Positions 45,703 to 53,737 of a stretch of 64,000 bases of DNA are shown here, in pieces. The notes under the pieces were generated by a model, which saw nothing but the letters and a program-made list of their open reading frames with translations, had not been told where the DNA came from and did not search any database. The translations under genes and the position numbers were made by a program. Numbering within the stretch: position 1 is the stretch's first letter; the number at the start of each line of letters is the position of its first letter. The DNA is taken from NCBI GenBank assembly GCA_036397095.1, contig DASWJQ010000195.1, positions 44,070-108,069 of the forward strand, in the 5' to 3' direction. This stretch comes from Anaerolineales bacterium (GTDB lineage: Bacteria > Chloroflexota > Anaerolineae > Anaerolineales > E44-bin32).

Positions 45703-46091
45703 ACCCCGACGACCAGACCATGGGTGAGCGGCCCGACGTGCCCCTGGGTCTTCTCGAAGACCGTTCCGTAGATGGAGGCCGCTCGCCCGCCATGACCGTT
45801 TGTGCGGCTTTGGCGAACGCAGAATTGGGTGTCTGGCGAAACCCGGCCAGCACGGCTGGAAGGTTGTCCGAGACGAACGAGCTTGGACGGTAGATCAGTC
45901 GCCTAAAGAGCCGAACACCGGGGCCCAACGAAGGAGAAAGAGAGCTGAGCTTCTTCACCAGTGGCCGCTTCCAGCAGGCCGCAGACCAGTCGCGCAACGT
46001 CCCCGTGCCCTTGACAAATTCGCCCTCATGGAAGGGGCACGATAGTTCGTGCCCCTACGGTGGATCGCGTTGCGTGAAGGTCTTGAGCTCG

Positions 46092-46262
46092 CTAAGATTG
46101 CCCCGATTGCGCCGCCAGCGCTCCCTGGTAGGCCTTCCATCCAGGACACCAGCCCGTGTGCCATTTCCACAGCCGGGCCAACAAACCGGTCGGGTTCTTC
46201 TCGGCCCTGGCTCGCAATGGACACGTAGCGCACGGGAAATCGGACGGCTTGACGGCTGTCAT
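46092..46262 (-). CDS. Small Cys-containing protein (56 aa), below the ORF-track length cutoff
   Basis: My translation: MTAVKPSDFPCATCPLRARAEKNPTGLLARLWKWHTGWCPGWKAYQGALAAQSGQS. GAGGG 9 nt upstream of the ATG. Lies immediately downstream of tatA on the same strand. Confidence 0.5.
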   Translation of the reverse strand: MTAVKPSDFPCATCPLRARAEKNPTGLLARLWKWHTGWCPGWKAYQGALAAQSGQS

Positions 46263-46305
46263 GCTCTTGCCCTCATTCCTGGGTTATCAGCCGGGCGACC
46301 AGCCT

Positions 46306-46494
46306 TCAGGAAGCCTCTGGCGCCTCGCTGCTTTCTTCGGTCTCTTCCTTCGGATCGTCCTGCAGGCCACGGCGGAAGGCACGGATCCCCTGCCCCATCT
46401 CGCCGGCGACTTTTCCAATGCGGCCAACGCCGAACAGCAGAACCAAGATCAACAGCAGAATAATCAGTTCTGGCGGTCCCAACCTAAGCATCAC
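46306..46494 (-). CDS. tatA: Twin-arginine translocase subunit TatA/E
   Basis: 62 aa. LGPPELIILLLILVLLFGVGRIGKVAGEMGQGIRAFRRG is the canonical TatA TM + amphipathic helix. Confidence 0.85.
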   Translation of the reverse strand: MMLRLGPPELIILLLILVLLFGVGRIGKVAGEMGQGIRAFRRGLQDDPKEETEESSEAPEAS

Positions 46495-46559
46495 AACCTC
46501 CTGGACGGCACATCGCCGCCGCGCGAATGAGTCTCATTGATCGCTGGGTCCACCGGCAT

Positions 46560-47594
46560 TCAGGCTGGATCCCAGTTGAAGCCACTTGATACATGCACCT
46601 GCTGGTCTTTGCCCACCATCAGGGCATCTACACCTGGCAGCGTGTCAACCAGCGCCAGTCCCTGGGCCGGACCCAAGACCAGGAGCGACGTGCTCAAGGC
46701 GTCGGCGTCCATCGCGGTCGGCGCCAGCACGGTGGCACTGGCCAGCTCGGCCGGTGAAACGCCCTGACGCGGATCGATGATATGGTGATTGGCATAGTCT
46801 TGGCTGAAGGTGTTCATGTAGTCGCCGGAAGTGGCCATCGCCTTCTGGGCCAAGCGAGCGACCCCGACCCAAGGATGGTCGGCGCCGGCACGGGGGTCCC
46901 GAATCCCGATTTGCCAGTCCCCGTCCACCCGCCGGCCGCTCATCAGGTCGCCACCGACTTCCACCAAAATCTGGTCGAATCCCCAGCTTCGCAGGCTGTC
47001 TGCTCCCTGGTCGATGACGTAGCCCTTGGCAATGCCGTCCAGGGTCAGGGCCATCCCTGGCTTGGTCAGGCGCAGCGCGGCCCCCTCCACCTGGAGGTTG
47101 TGGTAGTCGACCAGCGAGGTCAAGCTCGCTCGCTCGCCGGCGGTCAGCGACTTGCCTGCTTCGGCTGCTTGACGATAGGCAGCCAACACCGGCTCAACGC
47201 TGATGTCAAAAGCGCCACCCGTCAACTGGCTGTGCAGGACCGCCCGCTCAACAACCGCGACCAGCGCCGCGTCGGCCTGGGCCAGATAACCCGTCCGGTT
47301 GAGTTGGGACAACTGGCTGCTTGGCAGGTAGCGGCTCAGCACCGATTCGAGGCGCTGCATGGCGTCGAAGGTGGCGGCCAACGCCCGTTCACCCAGATCG
47401 CGATCCTTGGTAAGCAAGGTCAAATTGGCGACCGACCCCATCAGCAACCGCGTTTCTTCGACACGCGCCGGGGACGAACCGTCCAGCAGGGCGCGTGCCG
47501 CCCAGGCGGTCGCGCCGATCCCGGCTGCCGCCGCCGTGATCCGGATAAAACCGCGCCGGCTGATTCGTTTGTCTGTCACCGTCGTGCTTCCCAC
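46560..47594 (-). CDS. apbE: FAD:protein FMN transferase (ApbE family), Tat-exported
   Basis: 344 aa. Tat signal SRRGFIRITAAAAGIGATAWA. ApbE motifs LDGIAKGY and MATSGDY...HHIIDPRQG. Confidence 0.85.
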   Translation of the reverse strand: MGSTTVTDKRISRRGFIRITAAAAGIGATAWAARALLDGSSPARVEETRLLMGSVANLTLLTKDRDLGERALAATFDAMQRLESVLSRYLPSSQLSQLNRTGYLAQADAALVAVVERAVLHSQLTGGAFDISVEPVLAAYRQAAEAGKSLTAGERASLTSLVDYHNLQVEGAALRLTKPGMALTLDGIAKGYVIDQGADSLRSWGFDQILVEVGGDLMSGRRVDGDWQIGIRDPRAGADHPWVGVARLAQKAMATSGDYMNTFSQDYANHHIIDPRQGVSPAELASATVLAPTAMDADALSTSLLVLGPAQGLALVDTLPGVDALMVGKDQQVHVSSGFNWDPA

Positions 47595-47635
47595 AGCTCT
47601 CTCCTTACCGTCCCGACCGTTGAGTCGGAGGATTG

Positions 47636-47944
47636 TTAGTTGTCCGACGTCGGCCCGCGATCCATCGCTTCCGTGGCAAAGGGGGTGACGGTAGATGTCG
47701 GCTCCTGATGGCCCTCATCATGCTGCGCCGGTGCAAAGGATGGGGTGAAATCCGGCGGCAATGTCGGCAGCGGGGCCGACTTGGTAGCGGTCGGCATCAC
47801 GATGCTGACCTGGTAAGGCTGCTGCGTACCAAGGGCACCTCGCTGTGGTTCCGAGCTCTCGGCCAGCGCCGACTGGATCGTCCCGCCTATCAACACCAAA
47901 CACACGGCAATGAAAACCAGCAGCAGTATCTCCTTTACCTTCAT
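47636..47944 (-). CDS. Small signal-anchored Pro-rich protein
   Basis: 102 aa. N-terminal anchor ILLLVFIAVCLVLIGG. ATGA overlap with the stop of the rdhC-like gene. Confidence 0.45.
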   Translation of the reverse strand: MKVKEILLLVFIAVCLVLIGGTIQSALAESSEPQRGALGTQQPYQVSIVMPTATKSAPLPTLPPDFTPSFAPAQHDEGHQEPTSTVTPFATEAMDRGPTSDN

Positions 47945-49155
47945 GAACGCACCTTCTTGATGGTGGTATCTACAATGCGCCGGCCCTCTCCGATGTAGTC
48001 AACAATGGGGTCGATTGGACACAGGTAGTTGCAGAATGGCCGAAGCACAACCAGCGACGTCAACATGATGATCGCCAACAAGATCCACTGGGCGGTCCCA
48101 CCGGTGAAATCGAACAGGGTGCCAAATGGTTCGTAGCTGGCGGGTCCCGGCTGGCGCAGGGCCAGGCCAAGCAAGATGGCGCTCAAGGCCAGACCGCGCT
48201 GCAGCCACTGCAGCCGGCTGTGCCACTGGCGCGGCCGGAACAGTTTGGCCCCGCCGATTTTGCCCAACCCTTCTTGAACGGCGCCAAAGGGGCAGAACCA
48301 GGAGCAGTACGGATTCTTGCCCTGGGCCGTCGTCACGAACAGGAGACCGCCCAGCAGCAAGAACCAGTACAAATTGGAATGCCAGTCGGGCCAATAGCCC
48401 GACAGCAGGGAGATGAAGTGGGCGACAGTCAGCGGCTTGTTGTACAGAAAGCCAATGCCAATCACACCGCCAACCAGAGTCAACCGGCGGATCCACTTCT
48501 TGGCCTGCGGTTGGCGTGACCGGTGACCGAAGTAGGCGACGATGTATAGCGCCAGCAGCAACGCCTCGGGCGCACCAAACTGAATCGGCTCGACCGCGGC
48601 CGGGACTCGGGCCCCGATCGGCCCGGCGGCCAGGGCTCGCGCCTGTTCACGCACGGCGCGGGCGACAGCTTCTGAGCTGATGGTGGCGCCGGTTACCGCA
48701 TCGATATCCTGACCGAGCCGCAGCTCATTCGTGTAGTCCATGCCCAGGAACTGGCGGAAGAAGTCGGCCTCGAGCAAGCGGCGGAAGAAGCCGGGTGTTT
48801 CGCGGTGCTCAATGATCTCAACCCCGATGATGGCGCCGTCGGCATTGACGCCGACCAGCACCTCGATGGGTCCGGCATAGCCGGTCGCCGTTCCGGTGCC
48901 GGCATAGCCGATCAGCTGACCGGAGGTAGGGTTGCCCTGCTCGGCATAGCCGAAAAAGACGTCCCCGCGCTGTTCGATATGCGTGGCACCGGGCAACACA
49001 TTCGAAACGCTGGGGGCGATGTCGCTGCCGGCCTGCAGGTAGCCGAAGAGCCAGGCGGTCAGCAGGGCCACGCCTGCCACGATTGTCACGATCGTCTGGG
49101 TGCGTTTGTCTTTACGCCGGGCCCGGGGCCGCGCCGCCTGGCTCGCTGCCAGCAT
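47941..49155 (-). CDS. RdhC/NosR/NapH-like membrane flavoprotein (periplasmic FMN-binding domain + polytopic domain with two CX3CP motifs)
   Basis: 404 aa from the internal ATG. FMN_bind region with flavinylation-type motif DAVTGATIS. Membrane part with CSWFCPFG and CNYLCPID. No C-terminal ferredoxin domain. Confidence 0.7.
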   Translation of the reverse strand: MLAASQAARPRARRKDKRTQTIVTIVAGVALLTAWLFGYLQAGSDIAPSVSNVLPGATHIEQRGDVFFGYAEQGNPTSGQLIGYAGTGTATGYAGPIEVLVGVNADGAIIGVEIIEHRETPGFFRRLLEADFFRQFLGMDYTNELRLGQDIDAVTGATISSEAVARAVREQARALAAGPIGARVPAAVEPIQFGAPEALLLALYIVAYFGHRSRQPQAKKWIRRLTLVGGVIGIGFLYNKPLTVAHFISLLSGYWPDWHSNLYWFLLLGGLLFVTTAQGKNPYCSWFCPFGAVQEGLGKIGGAKLFRPRQWHSRLQWLQRGLALSAILLGLALRQPGPASYEPFGTLFDFTGGTAQWILLAIIMLTSLVVLRPFCNYLCPIDPIVDYIGEGRRIVDTTIKKVRS

Positions 49156-49232
49156 GTCTTTCGTTACCGTCACACCCCTACCTCGTTCAACCGCCTCTGC
49201 CACGTGAATTCCGGCCTCCCAATCCGATTCGA

Positions 49233-49466
49233 TCAGCGCTTGACGCCGCAAGTAGCGCAGCCACCTGCTGCCGTCGGCACGCAAGTGCCGCAACCGCCGC
49301 CGGCCAACGCCCGGCCGCTGCCAAATGCAGTGAACGTCGACATGACACGCGAAGTCTGATGGCCGGTGCACTGCGGACACGTCGCCCGAGACTCACGGTC
49401 GGCCATCGAACGCTGCAGCTCAAAGGTCACCCTGCAGTCCGGGCAAAAGTACTCGTAAATCGGCAT
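49233..49466 (-). CDS. FmdB-family zinc-ribbon protein
   Basis: 77 aa. MPIYEYFCPDCRVTFE...CPQCTG, then a Gly/Cys-rich tail. Confidence 0.7.
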   Translation of the reverse strand: MPIYEYFCPDCRVTFELQRSMADRESRATCPQCTGHQTSRVMSTFTAFGSGRALAGGGCGTCVPTAAGGCATCGVKR

Positions 49467-49638
49467 TGGCTACCTCGCTTGCCACCAAGGGTGCCTAGGG
49501 TCGGCCCGCTCGTGGGCTACCGGCTAGTACACGGCCGGGCGCCCAGCGTCATCAAGATAATCGTCCCGCCAACGTTCCATTAGTGCCGAAAATCACCATT
49601 CGGCTGGTCAGCTTGCCTCTCCAGACAGGTAAGCACCG

Positions 49639-50982
49639 CTACAGATCGGGCGCCAATTCGCCGATAAGTTGGCGCGCTCGCTCAGCCATGTCCTGCTGCC
49701 CAACCCGCTTGTAAAGCTCGGCTGCCATCCCGGCCGCCTGCCGCGCCAGCTCATCCTCGCCCAAATCCCGGTAGGTCAGCGCCAGCAGCACCTGCTGCTC
49801 AGCAACGATCTCGGGCTCATGCTCGGCTTCGAGTTTTTCGACGGCTAGCTCCCCGTAGCGGCGAGCCGCTTCCATTTGGCCTTGCTCGGCATACAGTGCA
49901 CCCAGTCGGCCCAGCGCCACCGTCATGCTGCGCGGGTTGTTTTGTTCCCGCGCCTCTTCGAGGGCTTCTTGGTAGGCCGCCTCACACTCGTCGAAGCGGC
50001 CGAGGTCGAAGTACAGTCGTCCCAACTGCATCATCAGCACCAGCTTCTTCATCCGGGGCCCGCGGCGCCGGACGTAGTCGAGTGACTCATGGAGCAGGAT
50101 GAGTGCTTCGTCATGGCGCCCCAGGTTGAGCAGCGCGGTAATCGCGTTCTCCCGCTGGATGGCGGCTTCGACGTGATCGCCGCGGCGCTCTGCCAGGCGC
50201 CGGGCCATTTGGCAGTGTTCGAGGTAATCCTCCAGCCGGCCGAGGCCGAGATCCACCTCGAGCAGTTCGCGCAGCACGTCCCACTGGCGCATTTCATCGC
50301 CGGCCGCCTGTGCCTGCGAGAACGCCGACTGCAGGTTGGCAGCCCCCGCTTCGTATTGACCCTGCCTCAACTGTGACTGAGCCAGACCCAACCGCAAGCG
50401 GACGATTTCCGCCGGTTCTGCCTCGGCGCCCCGTCCGTCAAGCGCCTGGACGAAGGCGGCCTGCGCCTTTTCATCCTGCCCGCCGGCCAGGAACAGCTCG
50501 CCCTTGTGCGCCAGCAGCCGGGCTTGGCCGGCACCGTCGGTCCGCTCGACCCCGGCCAGCAGTTCGTCGAGGGCAGTCTCGGCCTCGGGCAAGCGACCTA
50601 GCTCGCCGAGCGCCTTCGCCCGCACTAACTGAACGTCTTCCACCAATGCCGGCATGTTCTGCCTGGCGTTCTCAAGCGCCCGGTCGTAGCAAGTGAGGCC
50701 ATCCTGGCGCCGTTCGATGCGCGTCAACAGAGTCCCTTTTTGCATCAAATGTTTGACCGCCGCAGCGTGGTCGCCGGCCTGCTCGGCCTCGGCTACGGAC
50801 CGGTCCAGGGCAGCGATGGCGTTCTCCAGGCGGGCTTGCTCTTCTTCCAGCGCAGCTAGGTCGGCAAGGGCCGCCTGGCGCTCATACGGGTTGTTCTGGC
50901 GTTCGGCCGCCGCCAGCCGCTCGTGGGCGGCCTGTACGCGCATGCCTTGCTGCACCAGATCATTCAAAAGTTCAGCGTCCAT
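49639..50982 (-). CDS. Tetratricopeptide-repeat protein
   Basis: 447 aa. Repeated 34-aa helical A/L/E-rich units throughout. Confidence 0.65.
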   Translation of the reverse strand: MDAELLNDLVQQGMRVQAAHERLAAAERQNNPYERQAALADLAALEEEQARLENAIAALDRSVAEAEQAGDHAAAVKHLMQKGTLLTRIERRQDGLTCYDRALENARQNMPALVEDVQLVRAKALGELGRLPEAETALDELLAGVERTDGAGQARLLAHKGELFLAGGQDEKAQAAFVQALDGRGAEAEPAEIVRLRLGLAQSQLRQGQYEAGAANLQSAFSQAQAAGDEMRQWDVLRELLEVDLGLGRLEDYLEHCQMARRLAERRGDHVEAAIQRENAITALLNLGRHDEALILLHESLDYVRRRGPRMKKLVLMMQLGRLYFDLGRFDECEAAYQEALEEAREQNNPRSMTVALGRLGALYAEQGQMEAARRYGELAVEKLEAEHEPEIVAEQQVLLALTYRDLGEDELARQAAGMAAELYKRVGQQDMAERARQLIGELAPDL

Positions 50983-51021
50983 CGACTCTCTCCCGATACT
51001 TCAACGCCCAACCGCCACCGG

Positions 51022-51681
51022 TCAGACCTCGATCTCCTCGTTACCCAACATGCCGGCCTTGTAAGCCAATTCAACCAACTCGGCCCGATGCTCCAGATCG
51101 AGTTTCTGCATCAGGCGCGAACGGTACGTGTCCACCGTCTTGCCGCTGATGGCCAGCATGTTGCCAATTTCACGGCTGCTGTAGCCGCGGGCGGTCCAGC
51201 GCATGACCTCGCGCTCGCGGTCCGATAGCGTGCTCAAGAGCACCTGCGCGTTGCCGGCCGTGCGGATCGACCGCACCAGGACCGTCGTCGCCGATGGGTG
51301 CAAGTAGGCTTTGCCGCTGTTGACGGTGCGAATTGCCCGCAGTAAATCGGTGTGCGCCGACGACTTGGGCACATAGCCATCGGCGCCGGACTCGAGCGCC
51401 TTGGTCACGATCTCGTTGCCCTTGTGCATCGACAGCACAATCACACCAATGTCAGGGTGGTCCTGCCGGATGCAGCGGATGGCATCGAATGCCGTCATAC
51501 CAGGCATGCCCAAATCCATCACGACAATGTCGGGGGATGCCGCCGGCACGAGCTGCAGCGCTTCGTCGGCCGTCTCTGCCTGTCCCACAACCTGGATGTC
51601 GTCCTGCTCCTCAAGCAAGGCGCATAGGCCGGCGCGCAATACGGCATGGTCGTCGACCAGCAGCACTTTGATGGACGTCAT
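51022..51681 (-). CDS. NarL/FixJ-type response regulator (REC + LuxR HTH)
   Basis: 219 aa. VLLVDDH...DIVVMDLGMPGM receiver. C-terminal LSDREREVMRWTARGYSSREIGNMLAISGKTVDTYRSRLMQKL. Confidence 0.9.
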   Translation of the reverse strand: MTSIKVLLVDDHAVLRAGLCALLEEQDDIQVVGQAETADEALQLVPAASPDIVVMDLGMPGMTAFDAIRCIRQDHPDIGVIVLSMHKGNEIVTKALESGADGYVPKSSAHTDLLRAIRTVNSGKAYLHPSATTVLVRSIRTAGNAQVLLSTLSDREREVMRWTARGYSSREIGNMLAISGKTVDTYRSRLMQKLDLEHRAELVELAYKAGMLGNEEIEV

Positions 51682-53408
51682 GCCGTCACCTCCATGCGCG
51701 GGATGCGCACTGTCAAATGCGTCCCCTGGCCCGGCCCCGTCCGAACTACGAAGCTGCCGCCCAGCCGTTCGGCTCGCTCCTGGATGCTGGCCAGGCCGAT
51801 GTGGGCGACGCCTTCCACAACCAGATGATCGGGGTCAAAGCCGGTCCCGTCATCTTCAATCTCCAGCAGCAGTTCGTCGTCCAGCAATTGGACCGACAGG
51901 CTGGTTTGTTGGGCGCACGCGTGGCGGGCGATATTGGTCAGGGCCTCTTGCGCAATGCGGTAGAGCGTGATTTCCAGGGTTGGATCGAGCCGCTCACCGT
52001 CCAGGTTTGAGTCAAATACGACCAGCATTCCATTCTGGCCGAGCATGTCGGTTAGCAAGTTGCGCAGAGTGGGTCCCAAACCCAACTGCTCCAGATCTGG
52101 AGGCCGGAGTAAGTGTGACAGGCTGCGGATGTGCTCGATGGCATCCGAAAGTTCGACACACAGATCCGAGATGCCGGCCTGAAGGACGCTGATGTCGTCC
52201 TTGGCCGAAAGCGACGTCAGGCGCAACAGCACACTGGTCAATTCCTGACCGGCGCCGTCGTGCAGCTCGCTTGAGATTACGGCGCGCTCATCCTCTTGGG
52301 CCGTGACCAGCGAGTGCAGCAAGGCCTCCATGCCGGCCTCCTTGTCGCGCAGGTCGGCATGCAGCCGGGCGTTGGCCACCGCCTCCGAGACCTGAACCCC
52401 CAGGGCGCCGATCAGTTCAATTTCCTCGTCGCGCGCCGGGGCCTCCTTGGACCACAACAGGTTGAGGACCCCAAGATCGCGGCCCCGGGCCCGCAGCGGG
52501 ATAGACAGGTGTGGTGGATGATCGCCCCCTGGTTGAGCTGCGGCCAGTGCCAGCCGTTTGCATTCCCGCTGCACGGGCTCGTTCCATTCACCCTCTTCTA
52601 GCAGGGCACGCTGACAACCACAGAAAGCGTCCGGCGACGACCACGGTTCGGCCTCGACGACGCCCGGCGGCGCCACGGCACAGGCCAAGTAGAAGCGGCC
52701 GCTCTCGGGATCGGTCAGGTAGATCCAACCGCTCTCCAGGCCGGTGACATCCAGCGTGCTGTTGAGGGCGGCCTCCAGCACAATGGCCAGATCGAGCCCA
52801 CGGCCAACTGAATCTGACACATGACAGACAGCGCCCAATCGCCGGTTGCTGCGTTCCAATTCACGCTGGCTGTTGACCAGTTCATCGACCATCCGGTTGA
52901 AAGCCTCGGCCACCTGCCCGATTTCATCGCCGGAATAGACCGGGGCGCGTTCATCCAGGTCCCCCCCCCGAACCAGGTCGGCCACCCGCTTGAGTTCGAG
53001 AATGGGGGTGGTCAACAAGAGCATCAACGCCGAGGTGAGAAAGAGCGAAAGGCCAGCCGCCAGGACCGTGACCACAAGCACCGATCGGCCACCGGCTTGC
53101 ATGGCCATGGCAACGCGTTCCGAATCGAGCAACCACGAGAGCCAATCGCTGAGCGAACCGCGCACCCAGAAGTTGACGGCAATTCCGAAAATGAGCACGG
53201 GCAGCAGGACCATGCCGCCGATCTTGACCCTAACCGGCACGCCCAACGCCCATGACTGGATGCCCCGCGGCGCTCGGCGGATCCGAGCAATCCACCAGGC
53301 GCGTACATGCCGTTGTGGAAGCAATCGCACGGATTTTCCTTTCGGGGAATTCCCTACAGACGGCATGCTTTCAGTATCTTTGGGCGCACCCGCGACGATT
53401 AGTGACAT
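51678..53408 (-). CDS. Sensor histidine kinase (TM-HAMP-GAF-HisKA_3-HATPase)
   Basis: 576 aa ORF. H-box SSELHDGAGQELT, N/G boxes near the C-terminus. Overlaps the RR start by 4 nt. N-terminal start uncertain. Confidence 0.8.
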   Translation of the reverse strand: MSLIVAGAPKDTESMPSVGNSPKGKSVRLLPQRHVRAWWIARIRRAPRGIQSWALGVPVRVKIGGMVLLPVLIFGIAVNFWVRGSLSDWLSWLLDSERVAMAMQAGGRSVLVVTVLAAGLSLFLTSALMLLLTTPILELKRVADLVRGGDLDERAPVYSGDEIGQVAEAFNRMVDELVNSQRELERSNRRLGAVCHVSDSVGRGLDLAIVLEAALNSTLDVTGLESGWIYLTDPESGRFYLACAVAPPGVVEAEPWSSPDAFCGCQRALLEEGEWNEPVQRECKRLALAAAQPGGDHPPHLSIPLRARGRDLGVLNLLWSKEAPARDEEIELIGALGVQVSEAVANARLHADLRDKEAGMEALLHSLVTAQEDERAVISSELHDGAGQELTSVLLRLTSLSAKDDISVLQAGISDLCVELSDAIEHIRSLSHLLRPPDLEQLGLGPTLRNLLTDMLGQNGMLVVFDSNLDGERLDPTLEITLYRIAQEALTNIARHACAQQTSLSVQLLDDELLLEIEDDGTGFDPDHLVVEGVAHIGLASIQERAERLGGSFVVRTGPGQGTHLTVRIPRMEVTA

Positions 53409-53455
53409 GCATCACTAAGTGGGCGGCGCTTCGGTACCTTTTGTCCGTACAGCGA

Positions 53456-53481
53456 GCGGCCCGGGGTTTCCCCCGGGCCGC
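53456..53481 (-). terminator. 11-bp perfect GC stem-loop GCGGCCCGGGG-tttc-CCCCGGGCCGC downstream of rdhB-1
   Basis: Read directly, 30 nt after the stop at 53511. No clear U-tract on the minus strand, so function is uncertain. Confidence 0.4.
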
Positions 53482-53510
53482 GTTCGGTTCGTTTCGATCG
53501 CTGGCGCCGG

Positions 53511-53735
53511 TCAGGCGCTCAGGATTCGGCGGCGGACGAAGTAGACAATCGCACCGCCCAGCAGCAGGATGATCCCCACCACCCACAGGATGCTGGCGAC
53601 GCGGGGCTCAAGTTCGGCACTGCTGGCCATGGCGTTTTGCAGGGTGAAGACCACCGCAAACGCCCAGGCGATCCAGGCCAGCCACTCGTACCACGGGCGG
53701 CGAGCGACTTCGAGTTTGTAGGTTTTGTCAGTCAT
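53511..53735 (-). CDS. rdhB: Putative RdhB-type membrane anchor (pair 1)
   Basis: 74 aa from ATG 53735, 2 nt after the rdhA-1 stop, with GGAGG inside the rdhA 3' end. Two TM helices with an acidic loop AELE. Confidence 0.5.
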   Translation of the reverse strand: MTDKTYKLEVARRPWYEWLAWIAWAFAVVFTLQNAMASSAELEPRVASILWVVGIILLLGGAIVYFVRRRILSA

Positions 53736-53737
53736 TG

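Noticed and set aside
45940-45990. GCCACTGG on the minus strand as the B12-box of a cobalamin riboswitch
   Set aside because: The surrounding sequence lacks the other conserved cobalamin-riboswitch blocks (GGTG..AA..CC stem, AGYCMGG..CCTGCC). It is not upstream of a plausible regulated gene.
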